A stretch of DNA of 58,431 nt from Candidatus Daviesbacteria bacterium RIFCSPHIGHO2_12_FULL_37_16. GTDB taxonomy: Bacteria; Patescibacteriota; Microgenomatia; Daviesbacterales; UBA10151. Position 1 is the stretch's first letter; each line of letters opens with the position of its first letter. Under the pieces are notes generated by a model. The model searched no databases and was not told where the DNA came from. It saw only the letters and a list, made by a program, of their open reading frames with translations. Below, in pieces: positions 43,328 through 51,192 of the stretch. The position numbers and the translations under genes are program-made. The stretch lies in NCBI GenBank assembly GCA_001776785.1, contig MFDF01000023.1:1-58431 (forward strand), read 5' to 3'.

Positions 43328-43638
43328 TCGCCTAGGAAGAGTATAAGCCAGATTCTGTTGGGAAAGTTTTATCTGAGTCTGCTTTCCCTGCGATAATTTA
43401 TCTAATGCTCCTCATTTCAACAAATGTACGAGCAGTACTGTTGGTTCTAGGATTGCAGCGGGGAGGATTGCCCGTTTCATTCACCACATCCGCCTGCTGG
43501 CGGACTGTGACTCGTTTCTGTTGCTCTATACTTGCGGTTACCCGAGCCAGCTTACGCTGGCCACCCTACTCTGCGCTGTCTGGACTTTCCTGACCCAATG
43601 ATTTCTCAAAGGACCTAATCGCCCATCTTCCCAGGCTT
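43328..43638 (-). ncRNA. rnpB: RNase P RNA, bacterial type A, compact (~311 nt)
   Basis: On the minus strand: P4 strands AGGAAAGUCCA and ACAGAAUCUGGCUUAU, GCAACAGAAA (J11/12-like), GGUGGCCAGCGUAAGCUGGC. P1 pairs GCCUGGGAAGA (5') with UCUUCCUAGGC (3'). Confidence 0.9.
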
Positions 43639-43662
43639 TGCCACGTTTGACGTGGCTCCCAT

Positions 43663-43691
43663 ATTATACCCGAAATGGACTATTAGTTCAA
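43663..43691 (-). promoter_or_regulatory. rnpB promoter
   Basis: Minus strand TTGAAC (43691-43686), 17 nt spacer, TATAAT (43668-43663). A leader hairpin GCCACGT-caa-ACGTGGC lies just 5' of mature P1. Confidence 0.5.
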
Positions 43692-43713
43692 ATTTCATGA
43701 TAAAATTGGTTAA

Positions 43714-44100
43714 ATGAAAAATGTAAATGAGGAGCAGTTGAAAAAATTAACACCCCAGCAGTATGAGGTGGTGGTAAATAAGGGGACTGAGGAGCCGTTT
43801 ACAGGTAAGTTGCTTCGCAATAAAGAAAAAGGGAGTTATAACTGTGTGGTTTGTGGTGCTGAACTTTTTTCTTCTGAGGCAAAGTTTGACTCAGGAACCG
43901 GATGGCCAAGTTTTGATGATACCCTGAATAGGGAGCATGTGGAACTTTTAGAAGATAATTCTCATGGGATGGTAAGGACAGAGGTGGTCTGTAAAAATTG
44001 TGGGGCACACTTGGGGCATTTATTTGATGATGGCCCCACAAAAACAGGGAAGAGATTTTGTATAAACTCCTGCTCTTTAGACTTTAAAGCAAAATCTTGA
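43714..44100 (+). CDS. msrB: Peptide-methionine (R)-S-oxide reductase
   Basis: 128 aa. CVVCGAELF...GTGWPSF...CKNCGAHLGHLFDDGP. Confidence 0.95.
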   Translation: MKNVNEEQLKKLTPQQYEVVVNKGTEEPFTGKLLRNKEKGSYNCVVCGAELFSSEAKFDSGTGWPSFDDTLNREHVELLEDNSHGMVRTEVVCKNCGAHLGHLFDDGPTKTGKRFCINSCSLDFKAKS

Positions 44101-44129
44101 GATCCTTCAGACTTCGTCCTCAGGATGAC
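44099..44129 (-). repeat. GTCATCCTGAGG...GAAGGATC family repeat copy
   Basis: Reverse complement is GTCATCCTGAGGACGAAGTCTGAAGGATCTC. Confidence 0.5.
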
Positions 44130-44138
44130 AAGAAAAGT

Positions 44139-44450
44139 TTATGATTTTACTTTCTTTGTCACTTTTTTTGGAGCAGGCTTCAAGGTTTTATCCTCTTTTT
44201 GGGCTTTGCTCTGTAAATATTTTAACCCTGCAGTTGCTTCTTTTTCAGCCCTGACTGCAAGTTTAGAAACTACCTCTAAAGCCTGGACAGTTTTTTTACC
44301 CAAGTTTTTTCTTAGTTCTTTATTTGCGAGAATTGCTCCTGCAACTCCTGCTACTGCTGCAGTTAAGGCAACTCCTGTAGCACCAATTATTAGATTTTTA
44401 GTGTTATTCGAAGAAGAGCTTCGCTCATCTTTTTTTTCTTCATCTGCCAT
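44139..44450 (-). CDS. YtxH-like general stress protein (single TM plus coiled coil)
   Basis: Start at MADEEKK, with a GGGGGTG SD 6 nt upstream. LIIGATGVALTAAVAGVAGAILANKELRKNL is a YtxH-type segment. Confidence 0.55.
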   Translation of the reverse strand: MADEEKKDERSSSSNNTKNLIIGATGVALTAAVAGVAGAILANKELRKNLGKKTVQALEVVSKLAVRAEKEATAGLKYLQSKAQKEDKTLKPAPKKVTKKVKS

Positions 44451-44470
44451 AAAATTCACCCCCCAACGAG

Positions 44471-45778
44471 TTAATCTAATATATTACTTTTTTGTAAATT
44501 TTCAAGTCTTTTTAAAACCTCATCCTCTCCTACAAATTTTATAGATTCAAAAAGGGGAGGGGTGACAAGCTGTCCAGAAAATGAAACCCTTAAAAATTGA
44601 AACATATCCCCTACTCTTAAATCCTGATCTTGTGCCATTTTTCTAAAAGTTTCTTCAAAAATTTTTGCATCCCATGGTTTTTCTAAACTTGTTAAACTGC
44701 TAATGACTTTATTTAAAAGTTCTTCTTGATTTTCAATTTTTAACTTAGAAAAAACTTCTTTGTCATAATCTGGTTCTTCAAATAGAAAAAAAGTTAATGG
44801 TATAAAGTCGGATAATTTTTTAATGCGTTCTTTTATTAAGGGAACAAGCGGTGCTATTTTTTCTTTTGCTGGATGATCTACTAAAAATTCCTGAAGCCTT
44901 TTTGTTAACTGTTCATCAGGCATAAGTCTTAAGTATTCTCCATTTAGCCATTCAAGTTTTGTTTCATCAAAATATGCAGAGGCTGCATTAAAATTTTTAA
45001 AATCAAAAACCTTGATCATGTCTTCTAGTGAAAAAATTTCTTTGCCTTCTGGGTGTGACCAGCCTAAAAGTGCCAAAAAATTAATTAAAGCTTCTTTTAA
45101 AAAGCCATCTTTTTTATAATCAAGTGCAGATTTTGCACCATGTCTTTTGGAAAGTTTTGATCTATCGGATCCGACTAATACCGGGAGGTGGGCGAATTGC
45201 GGTGGTTGCCAATCCAAAGCTTTATACAGCATAAGATGTTTTGGAGTTGATGAAATAAACTCATTTCCCCTGACAACATGAGTAATCTCCATTAAATGGT
45301 CGTCTATTACATTGGCAAAGTTATAAGTCGGATACCCATCAGATTTTATAATCACAAAATCCTCCTGAGTATTATTGGGAAAACTTATGTCTTTGTCTCC
45401 AATTAAATCATGCCAGGTGGTTTGACCATCTTTTATAGTTTTAAATCTAACTGCCCCTTCGTCTTCATATGCTAAATCTTTTTCCTGTAACTGTATTGCG
45501 TATTTTTTATAGATTTCTAACCTTTCTGATTGGATATATGGTCCAAAATCTCCTTTTTTTTCTGGACCTTCATCATAGTCTAAACCAAGCCAATTGAGTG
45601 TTTCATAGATTTGCTGTTCTGATCCTGGAACTAATCTTGTCCTGTCTGTGTCCTCCAGCCTTAAAATGAACTTTCCGTTGTTTTTTTTGGCAAAAACATA
45701 ATCAAAAAGGGCCTGCCAGGCTGTTCCAATATGAGGTGAACCAGTTGGAGATGGTGCTAAACGGACCCTAACACTCAT
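44471..45778 (-). CDS. gltX: Glutamate--tRNA ligase (short, 435 aa)
   Basis: RLAPSPTGSPHIGTA (HIGH) and KLSKRHG (KMSKS). Confidence 0.93.
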   Translation of the reverse strand: MSVRVRLAPSPTGSPHIGTAWQALFDYVFAKKNNGKFILRLEDTDRTRLVPGSEQQIYETLNWLGLDYDEGPEKKGDFGPYIQSERLEIYKKYAIQLQEKDLAYEDEGAVRFKTIKDGQTTWHDLIGDKDISFPNNTQEDFVIIKSDGYPTYNFANVIDDHLMEITHVVRGNEFISSTPKHLMLYKALDWQPPQFAHLPVLVGSDRSKLSKRHGAKSALDYKKDGFLKEALINFLALLGWSHPEGKEIFSLEDMIKVFDFKNFNAASAYFDETKLEWLNGEYLRLMPDEQLTKRLQEFLVDHPAKEKIAPLVPLIKERIKKLSDFIPLTFFLFEEPDYDKEVFSKLKIENQEELLNKVISSLTSLEKPWDAKIFEETFRKMAQDQDLRVGDMFQFLRVSFSGQLVTPPLFESIKFVGEDEVLKRLENLQKSNILD

Positions 45779-45847
45779 AGAGGATATTATATGAGATTAG
45801 GTATAATAAAGGAAGGAACTTCTCGACTTCGCTCGAAGAGTAATAAT

Positions 45848-46870
45848 ATGGCATTGACTCTGACCCAGACTGCAGATTTAACAAAGAAAAGCTTAATTTT
45901 TGGGGCAATCTTTTTATTTTTGTTGATAGCAAGTTGGGTTGGGTATATGTACTATATAAATTTTGTTTATATTCCTCCTCCCCCGCCAGAGACTCCTCCT
46001 GATGTTTTTTTTGGAAAACTTCCAAAACTTAAAATAACTGAAGCATCAAATTCTGCCGGGAGTTATGCATACACTTTGGATACAGATACTGGTTCACTTC
46101 CCAGAGACATTCCAAAAATTTTTAAGGTTTATCCTATTGCTTCTTTGGGTACTGATTTATTGGCTCCGGATAGGTCAAAAGCATTAGCTAATAAATTGGG
46201 TTTTATTACAGGACCTGAAATGCAATCTTTAACACAATATCTTTTTTTAGATGAGAATGGTGGGGATATGGTAGTTAGCCTGGAAAGCGGGAATTTTAGA
46301 TTTAACCATAGAGAATCTACTGAAAGTGCAAATTTAACAATGACTAATAATTTTTCAGATCCTGAAAGATTAACTAAGGATTTTAAAGACTTCCTTTTGC
46401 CTATGGATCTTTTAAAGGAGCAGCTGCGGGATGGAAGGAGTGAAGTTTTTTATGAGAAACCCTCTATAAATGAAAGTAATTTTGCAACTATAACTTTATG
46501 GCAGGAAGATGTTGATAAAATACCTTTGGTAACTGAAAAGTTTGAGGAAGGATTGATCAAAGGGGTTATAAATAAAAGAAGTGACAACAGACAGAAGGTT
46601 TTAATATTAGATTATGTTTTTTGGCCAATAGATATTTTAAATGGACATACATATCCAATTCTTACACCTGAGGAAGCATATGATAAATTACAAACCCAGC
46701 AAGGTTTTGTAATAAAAAAACCTTTGGGATTAAAAGTATCTATAACTAAAGTTTACTTAGGCTACTTTCTTTCAAGAGAATTTCAACCATTCCTTCAGCC
46801 AGTTTTTGTATTTGAGGGAGATGAGTTTGTTGCTTTTGTTCCTGCGCTAAGAGATGAACAGGTTGAATAA
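45848..46870 (+). CDS. Hypothetical membrane-anchored protein (340 aa)
   Basis: Start at MALTLTQTADLTKKSLIFGAIFLFLLIASWVGY (N-terminal TM). The longer ORF from 45791 reads through a hairpin repeat. Confidence 0.55.
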   Translation: MALTLTQTADLTKKSLIFGAIFLFLLIASWVGYMYYINFVYIPPPPPETPPDVFFGKLPKLKITEASNSAGSYAYTLDTDTGSLPRDIPKIFKVYPIASLGTDLLAPDRSKALANKLGFITGPEMQSLTQYLFLDENGGDMVVSLESGNFRFNHRESTESANLTMTNNFSDPERLTKDFKDFLLPMDLLKEQLRDGRSEVFYEKPSINESNFATITLWQEDVDKIPLVTEKFEEGLIKGVINKRSDNRQKVLILDYVFWPIDILNGHTYPILTPEEAYDKLQTQQGFVIKKPLGLKVSITKVYLGYFLSREFQPFLQPVFVFEGDEFVAFVPALRDEQVE

Positions 46871-46871
46871 T

Positions 46872-47837
46872 TTATTCCCATTTAAAGTTTTTAAAAACCC
46901 AATCTATTAATGCTTTAGATTCTCCAAACCTATCATTAGAATTTAGAACTACAGTTAATATTTTGTGTCCATCCCTGTCAACTAAGGCAACTAAGTTTTC
47001 ACCTGCAATTTCTGTAAAACCTGTTTTAATACCGACTACACCATCAGTGCCCAAAAGTTTGTTTAGATTTTTTAGGGGGTGAGATTTTGTTTTATCAAAA
47101 GAGATGACTGAGGTTTCCTTGGTGGAGACAACTTTAGAAAGAGTTGGATGTTTTGTAAACTCAGTAGCAATTTCTGCCATATCTTCTGAGGAAGTATAGT
47201 GATATGGGTTATCAAAACCTGCAGGATTTGTAAAATTTGTATTTTTAAGGCCCAGTGAACCTGCTTTTTGGTTCATGGCGTTAACAAATTCATAGATTCC
47301 ACCAGGATAGTTTGCAGCAACAGTAAAGGCCGCATCATTTCCAGAATTTAGAAGCATCCCATAAAGCAAACTCCTGAAGGTCATATATTCTCCAGCAATA
47401 AGTCCCATATTTGATCCACCAACTAAAGCTTCGGGTGGAACTAATAAAATATCCCCGCTTTTAAAGTGTTCTGTGGCAACTAAAGCTGTCATTATTTTGG
47501 TAGTAGAAGCCATTGGTACTCTAGTCTCTGAATTTTTTTTAAAAAGAATATCACCAGTGGTTAAGTCTTTTATATAAACTGAATTTGCAGTTGTAGTTGG
47601 AGCTTTGATATTTAAATCTATTTTTTGCAGAGAACTTTGGGTAGATTCTGCCTGGACATCACCTGCTAAAAGTATGGGTTGTTTAAACACCTCATTTCTT
47701 GAATTTATTTTAGATTCTGCTAAATCTAAAGAGTTTGGCAATAGAATCATCAAACTTAGGGCTGATGAGAATACTACAAAACTTATGCCAAAAAGTTTTA
47801 GCTTCTTAGTTAGGTTTCTTGACAGGTTTAATATCAT
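46872..47837 (-). CDS. D-alanyl-D-alanine carboxypeptidase (S11 peptidase, PBP5/6-like)
   Basis: SxxK (ASTTK), SGN (NSGND) and KTG (IKTGFT) motifs. N-terminal signal anchor. Confidence 0.85.
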   Translation of the reverse strand: MILNLSRNLTKKLKLFGISFVVFSSALSLMILLPNSLDLAESKINSRNEVFKQPILLAGDVQAESTQSSLQKIDLNIKAPTTTANSVYIKDLTTGDILFKKNSETRVPMASTTKIMTALVATEHFKSGDILLVPPEALVGGSNMGLIAGEYMTFRSLLYGMLLNSGNDAAFTVAANYPGGIYEFVNAMNQKAGSLGLKNTNFTNPAGFDNPYHYTSSEDMAEIATEFTKHPTLSKVVSTKETSVISFDKTKSHPLKNLNKLLGTDGVVGIKTGFTEIAGENLVALVDRDGHKILTVVLNSNDRFGESKALIDWVFKNFKWE

Positions 47838-49155
47838 GGGCTTTTTGAGAGAGTCTTATATCTACTCTTTCCATATCTCTGGGAAAAAGACTTGCTTCTC
47901 TAATATTTAATAAATTAAGAATTTTCATAGTAAGCCTTTCTAAACCAAAAGAAAATCCACCCTCTGGGGGCATGCCATATTTAAAAGCTTGTAGATACAT
48001 TTCAAAATCCTTGGGGTCCATTCCGCGCTCTTTTATTGCTTCAACAAGTTGATTGTATTCATTTATTCTTTGTGAACCACTCAAAATTTCTAGTCCTTTG
48101 TACAATAAATCATAAGAAAGTGAAAGTTCTGGGTTTTTTGGATCTGGGAGTGTGTAAAAAGCCCGTTTTTTAGTTGGGAAGTGGGTTATTGTTACGAAAT
48201 CAGATTTATGTTTCTCTTTTGCCCAGTTGCAGATATCTATTTCATCCTGTCTGTCAAGGTCTTTTTCTGACCTGTGGTCGCGCCCAAATTCTTTAAAAAT
48301 TATTTCCTGGGCTTCCCTTAAAGTCAGCCTTGGGATTTTACCAAATGCTGTTTTTTCTGCCCCAAATTCTTCAAGCTCTTTTTGGCAATGTTCTTCAACA
48401 TATTTAACTATGTTAGTCCCTACAAGTTCTAACAGGTCCAAAAGTTCTTCAAACTGTACAAAGCCAAATTCACAATCCATTTGGGTGGCTACTGAAAGAT
48501 GATAAGTGGTGACTGATGGTTCTGCCCTGTAAGCATGGGCAATTGTTGAAACCCGCTCCATTACTGGGACTAACATCTGCTTATAGAGCTGAGGGGATTG
48601 GGTTAAGAAAGCCTGGTGTCCATAATAATCAAATTTAAATACTTCTGCCCCTCCCTCTGTTGCAGATGCTGAGATTTCAGGAACAACTATTTCTGTGCAG
48701 TCTAGTTCCTCAGTAATTTTTCTAAAGCCTTCTAAAATTTTATCCTGGACTTTAAAAATTGCTTTTACTTTTGGGTGTCTTAAGGTTAGTGATCTAAAGT
48801 CCAGGAGGGTAGGAAGCTGGAGGTCTAATTCTTTTGTCCCCATATCAAAGGGGAGTTCTGCAGCTTTTGAGAGAATTTCTATCTTTTCACCCTGCAGTTC
48901 TATAGAGCCTGTGGGGAGGTTTGAGTTTATTAATTTCTCAGGCCGTTTAGAGACCTTTCCTTCTATGGTGACAACATCCTGGTGTTTTAGGTCTCCTGCA
49001 ATTTCTCCAGTAATAACTACCTGGATAACTCCAGACCTATCTGAGACATCAAGAAAAACTATTTTTCCATGATCTCTTCTTGTTTGGACAAACCCAGAGA
49101 TAGAGACAGTTTGATCTATTTTGTTGTTGCAATATAAGATTAATGTTCTTTCCAT
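47806..49155 (-). CDS. aspS: Aspartate--tRNA ligase, archaeal/type-2-like class IIb (Asp versus Asn specificity not resolved)
   Basis: 449 aa. N-terminal OB fold, class II motifs (YRAEPS..., GGFSFGLERL). Confidence 0.85.
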   Translation of the reverse strand: MERTLILYCNNKIDQTVSISGFVQTRRDHGKIVFLDVSDRSGVIQVVITGEIAGDLKHQDVVTIEGKVSKRPEKLINSNLPTGSIELQGEKIEILSKAAELPFDMGTKELDLQLPTLLDFRSLTLRHPKVKAIFKVQDKILEGFRKITEELDCTEIVVPEISASATEGGAEVFKFDYYGHQAFLTQSPQLYKQMLVPVMERVSTIAHAYRAEPSVTTYHLSVATQMDCEFGFVQFEELLDLLELVGTNIVKYVEEHCQKELEEFGAEKTAFGKIPRLTLREAQEIIFKEFGRDHRSEKDLDRQDEIDICNWAKEKHKSDFVTITHFPTKKRAFYTLPDPKNPELSLSYDLLYKGLEILSGSQRINEYNQLVEAIKERGMDPKDFEMYLQAFKYGMPPEGGFSFGLERLTMKILNLLNIREASLFPRDMERVDIRLSQKAHDIKPVKKPN

Positions 49156-49224
49156 CTCCTGATATTACCAGTTTTGAGCCTAAGTTTACAAGGCTAAAGG
49201 TGAGTTTTTTATTAAACCCATAGT

Positions 49225-49253
49225 TTGACATACTTTGAGATAAAGAGTATAAT
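49225..49253 (+). promoter_or_regulatory. Consensus sigma70 promoter P1
   Basis: TTGACA (49225-30), 17 nt spacer, TATAAT (49248-53). Confidence 0.55.
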
Positions 49254-49269
49254 TTTTATACATTAGCTG

Positions 49270-49298
49270 TTGACAAGAAACTTTTGAGAAAATAGAAT
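49270..49298 (+). promoter_or_regulatory. Near-consensus sigma70 promoter P2
   Basis: TTGACA (49270-75), 17 nt spacer, TAGAAT (49293-98). The mini-ORF ATG lies 11 nt after the -10 box. Confidence 0.55.
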
Positions 49299-49309
49299 AT
49301 ATTAGTAGT

Positions 49310-49417
49310 ATGAGCCAAATTGATTTAAGTTTTATAATTTGTTTAGTTATTTTCTTTACCCTTCTTAGATGGGTGCTCATTATTATGGGCACAAGGAAGG
49401 GAGGTCAATTTAGCTAA
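49310..49417 (+). CDS. Leaderless 35-aa hydrophobic mini-ORF (candidate leader peptide or small membrane peptide)
   Basis: MSQIDLSFIICLVIFFTLLRWVLIIMGTRKGGQFS*. Its last codons cover the GGGAGGTC antiterminator arm. Confidence 0.4.
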   Translation: MSQIDLSFIICLVIFFTLLRWVLIIMGTRKGGQFS

Positions 49418-49468
49418 ACATAGCTAAATCTCAAAAGTTAGGAGACCTCCCGAATGGGAGGTTTTTTT
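49399..49468 (+). promoter_or_regulatory. Antiterminator/terminator switch 1
   Basis: GGGAGGTC (49399-406) is complementary to GACCTCCC (49444-51). The terminator is ACCTCCC-gaat-GGGAGGT plus T7 (49445-68). An intervening hairpin is TTTAGCTA-aaca-TAGCTAAA (49409-28). Confidence 0.55.
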
Positions 49469-50281
49469 ATACAAAAAATGGAAAGAGTTACAAGTATTTA
49501 TTTACATGAAAGAGGTGTGTTAGTAGATTTGCCTCCTCAACTTGCTCAGAATATTTTTTCTGATCCAGATCAGGGGGAGTTTTATATGGGTGAGGTAGAA
49601 AAACAGAGATTGAAAGCTATATTAAAAGACCCCATTTTAAAGAAACGGTATCCTGATTATTCAGATGGAGATAGGTATATGGATGGAGTTTCTCCCCAAT
49701 GGAGAGATAGACTTATGGGTTGGTCTCATGAGATGACGGAGGCAATCAAAGATGCTTGTTTGGATATAGGAATAGATAGATTTGGGGTTATCTTGCATGG
49801 ATCTGTTGCTAAAAACTTGGCTAAACAAAGGACTGATGCTGATCCTTCAAATATTGATTTAGCTGTAATAGGTGATATATCTGTTGATGAAGGTGAGGAA
49901 ATTAAAAATATTATAAGAGGAGCTCGGGAGAGAATAACAACTAGAATTAGAGTTGCTGAAAGTTGTCGATGTGTAGGTTTAAGGTGCGTTTGTGCATCTG
50001 AAGTTAGTCTTTCTAAGCCTTCAAATCCTATTGAGAGGGTGGGTGTGTTAGTTCAGGATATAGAAACATTAAGGAAAAACGATTATTATCAAGCAAGAAT
50101 GTTTATGTCTTCTTGTGCAAGGGTAATGTATGATCCCTTTGATTTGTGGAAAGCTTTAGAATTGGAAGCAGTTCCAAGCATGGCTAAGTTTAATATGACC
50201 CGAGCAGAACGAAAAAGAGTCATGGTTGAAGAAAACAGACAAACAGTGCCAGGAGTTTTGATACCAGTAGGGTCGTTTTAA
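49454..50281 (+). CDS. Pol-beta-superfamily nucleotidyltransferase-like protein (275 aa)
   Basis: Central HGSVAKNLAKQRTDADPSNIDLAVIGD resembles the hG[GS]-x(n)-D-h-D-h NTase motif. Start is either 49454 (AGGAG SD 9 nt upstream, ATG in the terminator loop) or 49478. Confidence 0.6.
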   Translation: MGGFFIQKMERVTSIYLHERGVLVDLPPQLAQNIFSDPDQGEFYMGEVEKQRLKAILKDPILKKRYPDYSDGDRYMDGVSPQWRDRLMGWSHEMTEAIKDACLDIGIDRFGVILHGSVAKNLAKQRTDADPSNIDLAVIGDISVDEGEEIKNIIRGARERITTRIRVAESCRCVGLRCVCASEVSLSKPSNPIERVGVLVQDIETLRKNDYYQARMFMSSCARVMYDPFDLWKALELEAVPSMAKFNMTRAERKRVMVEENRQTVPGVLIPVGSF

Positions 50282-50287
50282 AAATCT

Positions 50288-50722
50288 CTAAAGAGGGTCT
50301 TGGAATTTGAGCATTATATCTCTTCTTTTACGATCTGAGATACGCACAAGTCCGTTTAAGTTTACCTTATTATCTCCTATTATTCTGGGAATCAAATGAA
50401 TGTGAAAGTGTTCAATGTCTTGTCCGGCTGCTCTTCCTATGTTTGTTAGAATATTTAGTCCCTCTGTTTGGTAAATCTCTATGATTCTTGGTGTATATTT
50501 AAAGATATCTTGACCTAAGTTAGATGCCAATTCTGGGTCAATATCCTCAAATCTGACGTGTTTTTTAGGTACTATAAGAGGATGACCTTCTAATGAAAGG
50601 ATTAACGCAGTTGTTTCTCTATCTTTTATTATGAACTCTCTTTGATTATCCCTAAAAATCGTACAAAAAGGACAATTTGTATGATTTTCGGTTGAGGAAG
50701 CTATTTCTTCTTTGGCTAACAT
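50288..50722 (-). CDS. HIT family hydrolase
   Basis: 144 aa. Histidine triad EHFHIHLIPR. N-terminal CPFC. Confidence 0.88.
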   Translation of the reverse strand: MLAKEEIASSTENHTNCPFCTIFRDNQREFIIKDRETTALILSLEGHPLIVPKKHVRFEDIDPELASNLGQDIFKYTPRIIEIYQTEGLNILTNIGRAAGQDIEHFHIHLIPRIIGDNKVNLNGLVRISDRKRRDIMLKFQDPL

Positions 50723-50797
50723 ATTTATATGCTAATTATACAATATTATAGGATATCTAGCAAATCAAGACAATGAAGAGCCTTATACCTCTAGAAA

Positions 50798-50826
50798 TTG
50801 ACAATTGGGCTCAGAATTGTTATTAT
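50798..50826 (+). promoter_or_regulatory. Near-consensus sigma70 promoter
   Basis: TTGACA (50798-803), 17 nt spacer, TATTAT (50821-26). The mini-ORF ATG lies 9 nt after the -10 box. Confidence 0.55.
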
Positions 50827-50834
50827 TTTTGTTA

Positions 50835-50900
50835 ATGTTAAGAAATTGGAGCAAATTTTTCTTTAGTTACTTTACTTTCCAAAGGAGGGAGGGAGTTTGA
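50835..50900 (+). CDS. Leaderless 21-aa Phe-rich mini-ORF (candidate leader peptide)
   Basis: MLRNWSKFFFSYFTFQRREGV*. Five Phe including FFF. Its last codons cover the GGGAGG antiterminator arm. Confidence 0.4.
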   Translation: MLRNWSKFFFSYFTFQRREGV

Positions 50901-50959
50901 TGTCTTAGACTAATAAAGCCATAAGACTCAAATAGGCCTCCCAAAAGGGAGGTTTTTTT
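50887..50959 (+). promoter_or_regulatory. Antiterminator/terminator switch 2
   Basis: GGGAGG (50887-92) is complementary to CCTCCC (50937-42). The terminator is CCTCCC-aaaa-GGGAGG plus T7 (50937-59). An intervening hairpin is GTCTTA...TAAGAC (50902-27). Confidence 0.55.
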
Positions 50960-50988
50960 ATGCCTAAAAAGAGAGGAGGTGTTGAGTA

Positions 50989-51189
50989 GTGTCTGATAAA
51001 GAACCAAGTGGTATTGCAAAACTTGATATTGCCCAGTCTGTTGCTCGGGGAATAGTCCCAGAAGGAGTTGCTCCTAAAATTGTTGTTGATATGATAAAAC
51101 CAATTCAAGTTTCTGAAGGAAGACCATTAAGAAGAAGAATTGCAGAACTTAAAAGACCCTTTAGAGATTTGAACAAGTGGGAAAAATAA
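50989..51189 (+). CDS. Hypothetical protein (66 aa)
   Basis: GTG start preceded by GAGAGGAGGTG SD. The start overlaps the TAG stop of a 9-codon uORF (ATG 50960, MPKKRGGVE*). Confidence 0.5.
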   Translation: MSDKEPSGIAKLDIAQSVARGIVPEGVAPKIVVDMIKPIQVSEGRPLRRRIAELKRPFRDLNKWEK

Positions 51190-51192
51190 TAT

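Noticed and set aside
43405-43593. 62-aa plus-strand ORF.
   Set aside because: It lies wholly within the RNase P RNA gene on the opposite strand. Its local GC richness comes from the structured RNA, not from coding.
44125-44544. 139-aa plus-strand ORF overlapping 44139-44450.
   Set aside because: The minus-strand reading gives a YtxH-like protein with an SD and a plausible TM helix. The plus-strand product is low-complexity and runs into the 3' end of gltX.
49186-49392. 68-aa minus-strand ORF across the promoter and leader region of attenuator 1.
   Set aside because: It has no SD or sensible promoter context and is Ile/Lys/Leu-rich low-complexity sequence of the kind expected from AT-rich non-coding DNA. 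The plus-strand promoter, mini-ORF and terminator architecture explains the region better.
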